A stretch of DNA of 64,000 nt, from the NCBI GenBank assembly GCA_963760605.1, contig CAVXFA010000058.1:14790-78789 (forward strand), written 5' to 3'. Source of the stretch: an uncultured delta proteobacterium. GTDB lineage: Bacteria > Desulfobacterota > SM23-61. The translations under genes were made by a program, and so were the position numbers. Every line of letters begins with the position of its first letter. The stretch's first letter is position 1. This document shows positions 29,503 through 39,922 of this stretch, piece by piece. Under the pieces are notes generated by a model. It saw only the letters and a list, made by a program, of their open reading frames with translations, did not search any database and was not told the DNA's origin.

Positions 29503-30219
29503 GTGCCATTGAGAGGACGGCGATTCAAGACCGCCTTCATCCTGGGCGCCGGCCTGGGGACGCGGCTTCGCCCGCTGACGGAGCGGTGTCCGAAGCCGCT
29601 CCTGGAGATCGGAGGACGTCCCATCATCACTTACGCAATGGATCATCTCCATAGCGTCGGCGTAGATCGTTTCATCGTGAATACCCACCACTGCCCGGAA
29701 GTTTACTTGGAAAAATTTCCCGACAGGCAATGGCGGGGTGTACCCATTACCTTTCGCCATGAACCGGTCCTTCTGGACACGGCGGGGGGATTGAAAAACA
29801 TTGAAGATCTCCTGGAAGAGGACGAGGCCATCTTCTGCCACAACGGAGACGTGATGACCGACCTTCCCTTGCAGAGGCTCCTGGAAGCCCATGAGGAGAT
29901 GCGACCGGAGGTGACGCTTGCCCTTCGAAGCAGCGGCCCTCTTCTGAACGTAAACATCGATGAGCGCGGTGAAATCTGCGATCTTCGGCACACCCTGGGA
30001 AATCCGGGCGTTCAGAGCTGCCTCTTTACCGGCATCTATGCCGTGGAGAGATCCTTCCTCCGTTTCCTTGAAGCAGGAAAAATCGAATCCGTCGTTTCCG
30101 TTTTTATCCGAAGAATCATAGAAGGAGCGGGATCGGTCCGGGGGATCGTCATTGACGAAGGTGAATGGCATGAGATCGGCTCCATAGAAGCCTACGAAAG
30201 TCTGAAAACCACGAGATAA
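29503..30219 (+). CDS. Nucleotidyltransferase, MurU-like
   Basis: [38 protein letters not shown]; adjacent to an AmgK-like kinase. Confidence 0.85.
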   Translation: MPLRGRRFKTAFILGAGLGTRLRPLTERCPKPLLEIGGRPIITYAMDHLHSVGVDRFIVNTHHCPEVYLEKFPDRQWRGVPITFRHEPVLLDTAGGLKNIEDLLEEDEAIFCHNGDVMTDLPLQRLLEAHEEMRPEVTLALRSSGPLLNVNIDERGEICDLRHTLGNPGVQSCLFTGIYAVERSFLRFLEAGKIESVVSVFIRRIIEGAGSVRGIVIDEGEWHEIGSIEAYESLKTTR

Positions 30220-30300
30220 TTGGAATGTTGGAGGAAAAAATTAGTAAAGGAAGGTCGATCATTATTCCATCCTTCCACTATTCCATTATTCCAGTTGGAA
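30219..30300. repeat. Second, partial TGGAAT/ATTCCA inverted array
   Basis: ttggaatgttgga ... attattccatccttccactattccattattcca. Confidence 0.6.
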
Positions 30301-30310
30301 ATGGGGGCCG

Positions 30311-31350
30311 ATGAAGTCACGGGATGATATGATCCGTTTTTGCCGAGAATCCTTGGGGCTTCCAGAGTCCGTCTCCATGGAATTTTCTCCGCTCGAGGGC
30401 AGAGGGTCGGACAGGACTTTCTTCCGGCTGAAATGGAACCGACAAGGGTTCGGCCATCCTGGTCCATTACGACCCGAAGCGGGTAGAGAATACCTATTAC
30501 GCCGAAATCGCCGCCTTTCTGCGTCGAGATCGATATTCCGGCGCCCCGGCTGATCCGCCACGATCCCGCCGCCTGTTTCATCCTCATGGAAGACCTCGGA
30601 GATAAGGACCTTTGGTCTTTCCGGAAAACCTCCTGGGAAAATCAACGGCCTCTTTACCAGAAGACCCTGACCATCGTGCACAGACTCCATTCCTTCTCCG
30701 AAAAGGACTTTCCTTCGGGCCGGGTGAGGCTCATGGAGGGCTTTGGTCCCGATCTCTACCGCTGGGAGCGGGATTACTTCAGGGAACATTTTGTGAGAAA
30801 CGTTTGCGGGATCGAACTTGAGCCTTCCTTCGCGCGGGAACTCGAATCGGAGCTTTCCGCCCTGGGAGAGCGGCTTTCAGGAACGAAGCGCTGCCTCGTG
30901 CACCGGGACCTGCAATCCCAGAACGTGATGATTCGTGACGGAGAACCCTTCCTCATCGACTTCCAGGGGATGCGCTTCGGAAGCCCCTTCTACGATCTTG
31001 GCTCGCTCCTCTGCGACCCCTATGTGAATTTTTCCGACGAGGAGCGTCACGAACTCCTGTCTTTTTATTACGGGCTGTCGAAAGGAGATCTTGATCAGGC
31101 CAGCTTCCGGAATTATTTCTGGGAAGCTTCGGCCCAGCGCCTCATGCAAGCCCTGGGAGCCTACGGATTTTTGGGCCTAAGGAAAGGGCTTAAAGCTTTT
31201 CTCGATCATATCCCTGCCGGACTCCGTAATCTTCACCGTGCGGCCGCACAGGCGGCATCCCTCCCCCATCTGCGAGAACTCTCCCTGGCCTGCCAGAGGG
31301 CGATCGAGCAAAAGGAAAAAGGCGCCCGTGCAGAAAATCAAAAAAGCTGA
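30311..31350 (+). CDS. Aminoglycoside-phosphotransferase-fold kinase, AmgK-like; indels near 30446 and 30525
   Basis: GRGSDRTFFRL, MEDLGD, LVHRDLQSQNVM, IDFQGMRFG..YDLGSLL, QRLMQALGAYGFL across frames. Confidence 0.82.
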
Positions 31351-31484
31351 AAGTTACAGGCGGGATTTTCTGGAAAGCAGGAAGGGCGAATAGGGTGTCC
31401 TTTTTCGATTAGGTTGGCGGACCATAATCCGTCATTGATCCAAAAAGAAAAAATGGATATATTGGAATCATCCTAACTATCGGT

Positions 31485-33536
31485 TTGATTGAGGAGGGTT
31501 CTGCTTTGCCTGGCGAGACTAAACGATCTGTTTGTCCCTACGACTGCCCGGACACCTGTGGGCTTTTGGTGGAAGTAGTGGATGGGAAAGCCGTTAAGGT
31601 CTCTGGGGACCCGGAACATCCCTTTACGCGGGGCACCTTATGCCCCAAGATGAATCACTATGAAAAGACCGTCCATTCTCCCCTGCGACTAATCCACCCT
31701 CTGTTACGGACAGGTCCCAAAGGATCTGGCGACTTCCGGTCCGTTTCCTGGGAAGAAGCAACTAACCATGTTGCCGAACGCTGGAATAAGATCATTGAAC
31801 AGCACGGAGCTGAGGCCATTCTTCCTTACTCTTACGCCGGAACCATGGGCCTCATCCAGCGAAATGCCGGCCATCCCTTCTTCCACCGCCTGGGCGCTTC
31901 CCGGCTGGACCGGACCATCTGCGCACCAGCCAAGGAAGCAGGTTGGAAGGCAGTCATGGGAAATACGGCTGCCTCCCATCCTGATGAGGCAGGCCACAGC
32001 GATCTCGTAATCCTATGGGGAATCAATGCCGTGGCCACGAGCATTCATTTCCTTCATGGGGTAAGAGAAGCCAAGAAGAAAGGAGCAATCGTCTGGCTCG
32101 TCGAAACCTACGAGACCCCCACATCCGCTTTAGCCGATCGAGTCTTTCTTGTACGGCCCGGAAGCGACGGTGCCCTGGCTATGGGATTGATGCACCTCTT
32201 GGTTCGCTATGATCTCGTCGACCGAGATTTTTTGGCTGGTCATGTTCAAGGGTTTGAAGAGTTGAAAAAGGAGGTTCTTCCGGATTTTCCACCCGCAAAA
32301 GTTTGCTCCCTGACGGGCCTGCCGCAGGAAACTCTGGAACTCATGGCCAAAGCGTATGGAAACGCCAAGGCGCCCTTTATCCGGCTGGGAGCCGGGCTTT
32401 CCAGGTACGGGAACGGAGCCATGTCTACCCGAACCATTGTCTGCCTCCCTACTCTCGTCGGAGCTTATGGCAAAAAAGGCGGTGGGTGCTTTGTCGGTAC
32501 AAGCACGGCCGGCGTATTCGCGATGAAGGAAATTTTGCGGGAAGATTTCATGACCCGGGCAACTCGGATCATCAACATGAACAAGCTGGGGGAGGCTTTG
32601 AACCATTTGGATAATCCTCCGATTCAAAGCCTCTATGTCTATCACTCAAACCCCGCTGCCGTCACCCCTGACCAGAATCAAGTGCTGCGGGGTTTGGCTC
32701 GAGAAGACCTCTTCACCATTGTCCACGAACGATTCATGACCGACACCGCCCGTTATGCGGATGTTATCTTGCCATCTACGTCTTCTTTGGAGCATAGTGA
32801 CCTATATCGGTCCTACGGTACCTACTGCATTCAGCGGGCAAAAGCCGTTATTCCTCCAGTAGGGGAAAGCAGATCCAACTCTGAGGTTTTCAGCATCCTG
32901 GCGAAAGCCCTGGGATGTTCTGAGCCCTTCTTCCGGCAGAGCGCTGATGAACTCATCGATCATCTTCTCTCGATTCCAAATCCTTTGCGGGAAGGAATTG
33001 ATCAGGAAGCTCTTGCTGCTGGCAGAGCTGTGGAACTCAACCTCCCGAAGAATGCCCAAAGCCAATTCAAAACCCCTTCTGGGAAAATTGAGATCTTTAA
33101 TCCCAAAGAGCGCGATCCCCTGCCCTGTTACATTCCTCCTTATGGGGGCGACCTTCCCTTCCGCTTAATGACAGCTCCCAGCCTATACGCCCTAAACTCC
33201 TCCTTTAGGGAACGGGAGGACCTGCGCCTAAAAGAAAATGCCATGTTTCTCCAGATGAATCCCAAGGATGCCTTGGCCAAGGATCTGAAGGAAGGGAACC
33301 GGGTGGTCGCCTTCAATGAATTGGGAGAAGTCCCTTTCATCCTGAAGGTTACGTCCAAAGTCCCTTCTGGCTTGGTGGTGGCGGAAGGGGTCTGGTGGTT
33401 GGAACACTGCCCCGGGTCGCGCGCCGTGAATGCTCTTACCTCTCAGCGCTTGACCGACCAGGGTGCGGGGTCCACCTTTTACGACAATACAGTAGATGTG
33501 AGACTTGGCCAGGTGACCTCCGGCCAAAGCGGGTAG
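31485..33536 (+). CDS. Molybdopterin-dependent oxidoreductase (cytoplasmic, Fe-S-binding N-terminus)
   Basis: CPYDCPDTCG, GTLCPK, DRTICA, DTARYADVILP, C-terminal molybdopterin dinucleotide-binding region; no signal peptide. Confidence 0.9.
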   Translation: MIEEGSALPGETKRSVCPYDCPDTCGLLVEVVDGKAVKVSGDPEHPFTRGTLCPKMNHYEKTVHSPLRLIHPLLRTGPKGSGDFRSVSWEEATNHVAERWNKIIEQHGAEAILPYSYAGTMGLIQRNAGHPFFHRLGASRLDRTICAPAKEAGWKAVMGNTAASHPDEAGHSDLVILWGINAVATSIHFLHGVREAKKKGAIVWLVETYETPTSALADRVFLVRPGSDGALAMGLMHLLVRYDLVDRDFLAGHVQGFEELKKEVLPDFPPAKVCSLTGLPQETLELMAKAYGNAKAPFIRLGAGLSRYGNGAMSTRTIVCLPTLVGAYGKKGGGCFVGTSTAGVFAMKEILREDFMTRATRIINMNKLGEALNHLDNPPIQSLYVYHSNPAAVTPDQNQVLRGLAREDLFTIVHERFMTDTARYADVILPSTSSLEHSDLYRSYGTYCIQRAKAVIPPVGESRSNSEVFSILAKALGCSEPFFRQSADELIDHLLSIPNPLREGIDQEALAAGRAVELNLPKNAQSQFKTPSGKIEIFNPKERDPLPCYIPPYGGDLPFRLMTAPSLYALNSSFREREDLRLKENAMFLQMNPKDALAKDLKEGNRVVAFNELGEVPFILKVTSKVPSGLVVAEGVWWLEHCPGSRAVNALTSQRLTDQGAGSTFYDNTVDVRLGQVTSGQSG

Positions 33537-33555
33537 GTCCCTTCTCATTTACCCA

Positions 33556-34596
33556 CTATGAGTCCAGGGGTTGCAGAACTATTTTTAAACCCTGTTGCTT
33601 CTCAAATTTATCAAAAGCCTCTGGCCACTCGCTGATTGGGTAAACGTCGGTTACTAAACATCTTGTTTTTACAATCCCGCGCTCCAATAATTTTAAAGAG
33701 GTTTCCCAAGCAGACCAGTATTGGCTGAATGAACCTCCTACTTTCAATTCCTTGTAGGCGATGGCCTCAAAATTAATCTCAAAGGGTTTTCCGAAAAGAC
33801 CGATCTGCGTAAACACACCTCGTTTCTTGACTACATCGAATCCGATTCTGGCCGCTTCGGGTGCTCCGGAACACTCCAGAACCACATCGACCCCCTTCCC
33901 CTGGGTAATCAAGCTGATGAACTGGCGGAGATTTTGTTCTTGGACATTCACGATCTCTTCAAAGCCCAGGGATTTTGCTAATTCAAAGCGGGTCAAGTCC
34001 TTTGAAGTGCCCGAAAGAATCACCCTCCCCCCCTCAGATCTGGCGACTTGGGCGGCCAGAAGGCCGATCCCCCCAACCCCCGAGACCAGAACCGTATCGC
34101 CTGAAACAATATGAGAAAGGTCAACAATCCCATGAGTCACGCAAGACAGGGGCTCGCACATCGCTCCGGCGAGAAAATCCACATTGTCCGGAAGCCTGTG
34201 GACTCTTTTTTCAGGAATTACGATATATTTCGCAAAAGCTCCATTAAACCAGAACCCGATCGACTTACGATCGCTACATAAATTATACAGCCCCGTGCGG
34301 CAATATCCGCATCGCTCGCAAACAGAAAAAGCTGTCTCGCTAGTTACCCGGTCCCCCACCTGCCAATTAGATATCCCTTTCCCCACCTCCACAACCACTC
34401 CACAATATTCGTGCCCCATCACAACGGGGGTTCGTATGGGCATTGCTATCGCATCGTGGAAGAGATGAATATCTGAGCCACAGATTCCTGCTGCCATCAC
34501 CTGGATCTTAACCTCTCCTTCTTTAGGGAAAGGCTCATCGACCTCTCGAACTTCGATTTGCCCATGTCCTCTGGCAAACTTTACTAAACCTTTCAT
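33556..34596 (-). CDS. Zinc-dependent (MDR) alcohol/polyol dehydrogenase
   Basis: GICGSD, GHE, CERCGYC..NLC structural Zn, GVGGIG. Confidence 0.92.
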   Translation of the reverse strand: MKGLVKFARGHGQIEVREVDEPFPKEGEVKIQVMAAGICGSDIHLFHDAIAMPIRTPVVMGHEYCGVVVEVGKGISNWQVGDRVTSETAFSVCERCGYCRTGLYNLCSDRKSIGFWFNGAFAKYIVIPEKRVHRLPDNVDFLAGAMCEPLSCVTHGIVDLSHIVSGDTVLVSGVGGIGLLAAQVARSEGGRVILSGTSKDLTRFELAKSLGFEEIVNVQEQNLRQFISLITQGKGVDVVLECSGAPEAARIGFDVVKKRGVFTQIGLFGKPFEINFEAIAYKELKVGGSFSQYWSAWETSLKLLERGIVKTRCLVTDVYPISEWPEAFDKFEKQQGLKIVLQPLDS

Positions 34597-34895
34597 ATAA
34601 AACCTCCAGCTTTATAAAAGATATCTACCTTGGGAAAAATATCCATTTGACCGCCATACGATTTCCTTGCGAACGTTGCTTGGTTGTTCCTGATGGAAAT
34701 ATGGGGTAAGAACTTTTCGATAAACCAGGCCGGGAATCCTGGGACCTGACCCAGGAAAATATGACTTAAATCCAGACTATCAATAGGACGGAGAAGAAAC
34801 GACGTTAAGCAAACATCTTTACTTTTAGGCCAGTAGCTCAATGCGAATGAATGATCCAATATCCCAAGCCTTTTGGGGCGCGAAGAAAGAATACA

Positions 34896-35597
34896 TTAGA
34901 TGCCTAAATACTTTTTCATCAGCGCTGGATCTTTTCGGATCGTTTCGCTCTCACTCTCAAATTGAACCTGGCCATTACTCATGATATAGCATCGTTGAGA
35001 AACCTTCAGGGCCATCTTGGCATTCTGTTCTACCAAGAGGGTGGCGATCCTGTGCTGATGCAAGTCTTCGATAATCTCCATCACCTCTTTGACAATTAGA
35101 GGGGCTAACCCTTCAGAGGGCTCGTCCATTAATATGAAATCAGGGTTTCTAATCAGGGCCCGGGCGATGGCCAGCATCTGTTGCTCGCCGCCGCTTAAAT
35201 TCCATCCTTTCCGCATCCGCATGCTCTTCAGCTGGGGAAAGTAGTCATAGACCCTGTTCAGGTCCCAATCCTTGCGAGGAGCATCTTTGCGGATCCCCAC
35301 CCTTAGATTTTGTTCCACCGTGAGATTTGGGAAAATTCGCCGGCCCTGAGGGACTAACCCGATCCCCCGATTGGCGATCATATAATAGGGAAGCCGGGTG
35401 GTGTCTTCCCCCTTGAAAACAACCGTACCATCTCGTGGCGGGGTCAATCCCAAAATGGATCTTAGCGTCGTAGTCTTCCCAGCCCCATTTCTTCCGAGAA
35501 GGCTCACACATTCCCCATCCTCGACATGCAAACAAATATCGAAAAGGATGTGGGCCTCCTTGTAATACGTATTGATCTTATCGACAGTCAATAACAT
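34896..35597 (-). CDS. livF: Branched-chain-type ABC transporter ATP-binding protein (LivF-like)
   Basis: GRNGAGKTT, LSGGEQQM, MDEPSEGLAP. Confidence 0.93.
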   Translation of the reverse strand: MLLTVDKINTYYKEAHILFDICLHVEDGECVSLLGRNGAGKTTTLRSILGLTPPRDGTVVFKGEDTTRLPYYMIANRGIGLVPQGRRIFPNLTVEQNLRVGIRKDAPRKDWDLNRVYDYFPQLKSMRMRKGWNLSGGEQQMLAIARALIRNPDFILMDEPSEGLAPLIVKEVMEIIEDLHQHRIATLLVEQNAKMALKVSQRCYIMSNGQVQFESESETIRKDPALMKKYLGI

Positions 35598-36421
35598 TAT
35601 ACCACCCCACCCAAGTAAGCCTCTTGCACCCTCTCATTTTTCTGGATCTCCTCTGGAGTTCCCGCAGCGATCACCCTGCCCAGGTGGAGGACCGTGATTT
35701 GTTCCGAAATTAAAAGAACGATCTCCACCTTGTGTTCGATGATGATGATACTCAATTCTGCCGAGAATTGCTTGATCATCTCAACGATATGGTACGCCTC
35801 CTCCAGGGAGAGGCCACTGGTAGGCTCATCGAGAAGAAGCAGTTTGGGGTTAGAGGACAGGGCGAGACCAATGTCCAGGATCTTCTGCTCTCCGTGGGAC
35901 AAAGTGCTGGCGTTTTGGAACCTCTTGTCATACAGGCCGATCCGCTGCAAAAGTTGTTCAGCTCGATCATTGATCTCTCTGAAATTATGAGCGCTGGCAA
36001 ATAATTTACCCCTATGAGGCGTTATGGCCTGAACGGCTAAGGCCATATTCTCGAAGACAGTGAGTTCATTATAGATATTTACAACCTGAAAAGATCTCGA
36101 GATCCCGGCCTTCATAATCTCATAGGGAGGCAAATTGGTTATGTCCTTCCCCTCGAAGATGACCTTACCTCTGTCGGCGTTGAAGAAGCCGGTGATGACG
36201 TTGAAGAGGGTGGTCTTCCCAGCTCCGTTGGGCCCGATGACGGAAACCAACGACCCTTTCTTGACCTTGAGGTTGACCCCATCCACCGCCCTCAAAGCTC
36301 CAAAGTCCTTCGTCAAGTTATCGGTAACAAGGATGAAGCTTTCTTCCCCTCCACCATCCATAATAGGTGTGCTCCTGTTCAATTTTAAATTCTTTTTCCG
36401 AAATGGTTCATTGAGATCCAA
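35597..36421 (-). CDS. livG: Branched-chain-type ABC transporter ATP-binding protein (LivG-like); start probably near 36361
   Basis: GPNGAGKTT, LSHGEQK, LDEPTSGL, IEH, QEAYLG. Confidence 0.93.
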   Translation of the reverse strand: MDLNEPFRKKNLKLNRSTPIMDGGGEESFILVTDNLTKDFGALRAVDGVNLKVKKGSLVSVIGPNGAGKTTLFNVITGFFNADRGKVIFEGKDITNLPPYEIMKAGISRSFQVVNIYNELTVFENMALAVQAITPHRGKLFASAHNFREINDRAEQLLQRIGLYDKRFQNASTLSHGEQKILDIGLALSSNPKLLLLDEPTSGLSLEEAYHIVEMIKQFSAELSIIIIEHKVEIVLLISEQITVLHLGRVIAAGTPEEIQKNERVQEAYLGGVV

Positions 36422-36601
36422 ACGATCGTTGCCATGGGTTTGCGAGAAGCTTGTGATTCAACTTTAGGGGGTCCCCTTGCCTTGAGATTCAAGGGAGGCC
36501 AAACATCCTCCCTGCTAGGAGCGGAGTTTCCAGCCCCGCCCCCGCAGGCCAGTTCAGGCGAAATTTCTTTAACTATACAATCTCTTCAGGAGAACCCATG
36601 A

Positions 36602-37879
36602 TTAAAGTTGCTCCAACTTGCAGGGACTCTCTTCTCGCGTTTTGGGGTATTTCGTCCCTGGAATCTTTGCCATTATTTCGAAAAGGTCGGTCCGATCTTT
36701 CATCTCTTTCGGATCATTCGAGCGAACCAAGTAGTAGTCCATCAAAAACTGATGGTCCCACTCTCGCACATAGACTTCACTGTCATTGGCGGGCTCAAAA
36801 AACTTTAGACCTTCAAAGGCTCTGACTACGGGCTTCATATCTGTCGTTCCCGCCTTCTCCACCGCCTTGAGCAAGGCTTTCATGCCCACATAGCCACAGT
36901 ATAACGAGTTTTCTGGTACGGGAATGGCTGCAGCCGGAAATGTTTTCTGATATTTTTTTATAAAATCCGAAACCCCTGGACCCTTTTGCATGTGATACCA
37001 CTCAATACAGGCATACCCGACAATAATGCCGGGACCTGCAGCCCAACAATCTAAATAATCCCTCAGAATAGAGGCCATCTTAAATTCCTTCGTAATCCCA
37101 AACTCGTAGGCTTGTTTGTAGAGGTTGATCCCATCCGTACCCCAAACATTCCCTATGAAAACATCTGGCTTGACTTGTTTGACCTTAAGCAATTGGTTGC
37201 TGAAGTCTGTGGTACCGAAGGGAATCAAGGTTTCTCCCAAAAATTGACCGCCCTTGGCCTCTAAGACTTTTCTCATGGCCGCAGTTCCCGTGTGGCCTGC
37301 CGTATAATCGTGAGTCAAGAAGTACCATTTCTTCCCCATATTGTCGGCCAACCAGGTAGCGACAGCTCGAGCAAACATGGTCATCGAGGCGGGGACTCTA
37401 AAGGTGTACCGGTGGCATTTCTCATCCGTCAAGGCGTCCGAATTCGGATTTGTAGTCACAAAGATAACCCCTTCATTTTGAGCCACTTCACTAATGGCCA
37501 CGGCGGCGCCGCTACTGACCTCTCCGATAAGAAAATTTACCTTTTCTCTCTTGATAAGCCGGGTGGCCTTCCGGGAGGCAATCATGGGGTTGGTCTGCGA
37601 ATCTTCGACAATCATTTCAACTTTCCTCCCCAGTACCCCTCCCTTTTCATTGAATTCATTCACCGCCATTTCCATTCCTCGCCTCTCGGAAGAACCCAGA
37701 TCACCAAAGGTCCCGCTTAGTGGGGTCACGACTCCGATCAAGATGGGTTCCTTTTGGGCGCGAGCAACCCTGGGCGAGAAGGAATTGATCCCCACAGCCG
37801 CGGTGCTCGCTATGGCCCCCTTTAAAAAGGTCCGACGGGAAACTTTGGCCTTTAAAAATTTCTTAATCTTTTTTTCCAT
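36602..37879 (-). CDS. Leu/Ile/Val-family ABC substrate-binding protein with Tat signal
   Basis: SRRTFLK twin-arginine motif; PLSG, GEVSSG, DYTAG periplasmic-binding-protein pattern. Confidence 0.9.
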   Translation of the reverse strand: MEKKIKKFLKAKVSRRTFLKGAIASTAAVGINSFSPRVARAQKEPILIGVVTPLSGTFGDLGSSERRGMEMAVNEFNEKGGVLGRKVEMIVEDSQTNPMIASRKATRLIKREKVNFLIGEVSSGAAVAISEVAQNEGVIFVTTNPNSDALTDEKCHRYTFRVPASMTMFARAVATWLADNMGKKWYFLTHDYTAGHTGTAAMRKVLEAKGGQFLGETLIPFGTTDFSNQLLKVKQVKPDVFIGNVWGTDGINLYKQAYEFGITKEFKMASILRDYLDCWAAGPGIIVGYACIEWYHMQKGPGVSDFIKKYQKTFPAAAIPVPENSLYCGYVGMKALLKAVEKAGTTDMKPVVRAFEGLKFFEPANDSEVYVREWDHQFLMDYYLVRSNDPKEMKDRTDLFEIMAKIPGTKYPKTREESPCKLEQL

Positions 37880-37918
37880 ACAATTCCTCCTTTAGCTAAA
37901 TTTCCTTGGCCGTTCAGC

Positions 37919-38923
37919 TCAAGGTTTGAGAAGACTCTTGATTTTTGAAAGCCGATTTGACCATTCGGGTCTCTCTTTCCCAATGAAACCCAGGATGCCT
38001 TCCGGGAGAAGAAGGATAATTACTACAAAGAGTAACCCAAAGATGAACAACCAGTGTTCGGTAAAGGCACTGACCATGTCCTGGAGGATAAGGAAAATGG
38101 CCGCCCCCAGAATGGGGCCAAAAAAATTGGACAGCCCCCCTCCCAGGATCGTCATCATGACTACATCTCCCGAAGCCAGCCAGGTCATGTTTTCGGCGAA
38201 GGCACTGGAGATTAACAGGGCATGCAATGCCCCGGCCAGCCCCGAAAAAAGGCCGGAAATCGTCATGGCCACCAGCCGATAGCGATAAATATTGTAACCA
38301 AGAAACAAAGTACGATCCCGGTTATAGCGGATTCCCTTCAGCACCCGGCCAAATGGAGAATGGACAATTCTCCATATAATGATCATCGATATCATGTAGA
38401 AAATTAGAATAAAATAATAGAAATAAAAGGGATTTTTTAAGTCGATCGAAAGGAGGCCGGGAAATTTGATAGGGTATCTGATGATCCCCGCAAAACCGTC
38501 TTCACCCCCCGTCACCTCAGTCCAGCGAAAAGCGATGACGAAGAACATCTGAGTGAAGGCAACCGTCAACAAACCAAAGTAAATTCCACTTTTCCTGACA
38601 ATAACCCGTCCGATGAGAAAGGCAGCGAGGCCTGCCGCAACCATCCCCACGATCAAGGGGACCCAAAGGCCGGTCATGAGATAACGCTGGGTGAGACCTA
38701 GGCCATAAGCTCCGATCCCGAAAAGACAACCATGGCCGAAGGACATCAGCCCTGTATAACCTAACATCAGGTTATAGGCCAAGCAAAAAAGAGAAAATAT
38801 GAGAATCTCCGTCGCCAGAGTCGTATACCCACCCAAGAAGGGTAATAGGTATGGAAAAAAAATATAAAAGACACCCACAAGAAAAATAGGATGGTAGAGA
38901 ATCTCCTTCATTCTTTTCAGCAT
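37919..38923 (-). CDS. livM: ABC permease, LivM-like
   Basis: YNLMLGYTGLMSFGH, TGGEDG, SPFGR, GGLSNFFGP. Confidence 0.92.
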   Translation of the reverse strand: MLKRMKEILYHPIFLVGVFYIFFPYLLPFLGGYTTLATEILIFSLFCLAYNLMLGYTGLMSFGHGCLFGIGAYGLGLTQRYLMTGLWVPLIVGMVAAGLAAFLIGRVIVRKSGIYFGLLTVAFTQMFFVIAFRWTEVTGGEDGFAGIIRYPIKFPGLLSIDLKNPFYFYYFILIFYMISMIIIWRIVHSPFGRVLKGIRYNRDRTLFLGYNIYRYRLVAMTISGLFSGLAGALHALLISSAFAENMTWLASGDVVMMTILGGGLSNFFGPILGAAIFLILQDMVSAFTEHWLFIFGLLFVVIILLLPEGILGFIGKERPEWSNRLSKIKSLLKP

Positions 38924-38935
38924 CGCCGATGACTC

Positions 38936-39808
38936 CTATGCCTCAAGTCCGCTCTTTTCCCCCCAGAGTCCCCGAGGTCTGGTTAAAATGACTAATACAA
39001 GAAGAACAAACATAGCCAGGTCACTGACTCGCGGAAAGATCATCACCGCCAAGGTGGTGGAGATGCCCACGAGAATGCCTCCCACGACACTTCCCCAGAA
39101 ACTGCCAATCCCTCCGATGGCCAATACCACAAAGGCCGGCATAATGATGAAGGTTCCCATGTCCGGCTTCACCCCCTGCATAGGAGCCATCAAAACCCCT
39201 GATATCCCTGCAAAGGCAGATCCGATACCAAATACCAGAGTTCTTACCTTCTTCAAGTTCTTTCCCATGGCGCCAATCATTTCACTGTCGCTAACCCCGG
39301 CCTTAATGACGATTCCCGTAGTGGTCTTCTCCAGAAACAGCCACATACATAAAATCAAGAGGCCGGTGAAGGAGACGACAAAAACCCGGTATTTTGAATA
39401 ATCCATTAAACCGACGTTCATAAACCCAGTTAAGGCCTGAGGAGGGTTGAACGGGTACCCCTGGCTTCCCCAGATCCAGCGAACGGTTTCCGTAATTGTA
39501 CAGGTCAGGCCAAAAGCTACCAAGAGACCATAAAGAGGATCTTTGCCGTAGATTCTTCGGAAAACAAGAACCTCCATGACCATCCCAATGAGCCCTACCG
39601 CCAGTGGAGCCACGATCAGGGCGCATCCAAAGCCGATGTGTGGGGTAACGACCATCGCAAAGTAAGCCCCTAAAGCGAAAAGAACAATATGGGTAAAATT
39701 GATGACCTCCATTACCCCGACAATCAGAGTCAGTCCCAGCGCCATCAACGTATATAAGATCCCCAGTACGATTCCGTTAAATAATTGAGAGGTGATATAA
39801 AGAGTCAT
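38936..39808 (-). CDS. livH: ABC permease, LivH-like
   Basis: NGIVLG..Y.LMALGL, NFTH, IGGIGSFWG, RPRGLWG. Confidence 0.92.
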   Translation of the reverse strand: MTLYITSQLFNGIVLGILYTLMALGLTLIVGVMEVINFTHIVLFALGAYFAMVVTPHIGFGCALIVAPLAVGLIGMVMEVLVFRRIYGKDPLYGLLVAFGLTCTITETVRWIWGSQGYPFNPPQALTGFMNVGLMDYSKYRVFVVSFTGLLILCMWLFLEKTTTGIVIKAGVSDSEMIGAMGKNLKKVRTLVFGIGSAFAGISGVLMAPMQGVKPDMGTFIIMPAFVVLAIGGIGSFWGSVVGGILVGISTTLAVMIFPRVSDLAMFVLLVLVILTRPRGLWGEKSGLEA

Positions 39809-39922
39809 CGGGTCCCCCTTCGACTATGCTTTTCGCGAAATCTTCATCCACTTCAGACTTTTCCCGGCCCGCCCAATGTCGCCCAAACAACAAGAAGATT
39901 GAGCCGTCGCCATTCTGAGAGG

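Noticed and set aside
34593-34859. 88-aa ORF between livF and the Zn-ADH
   Set aside because: No family motif or convincing RBS; may be a remnant but cannot be supported.
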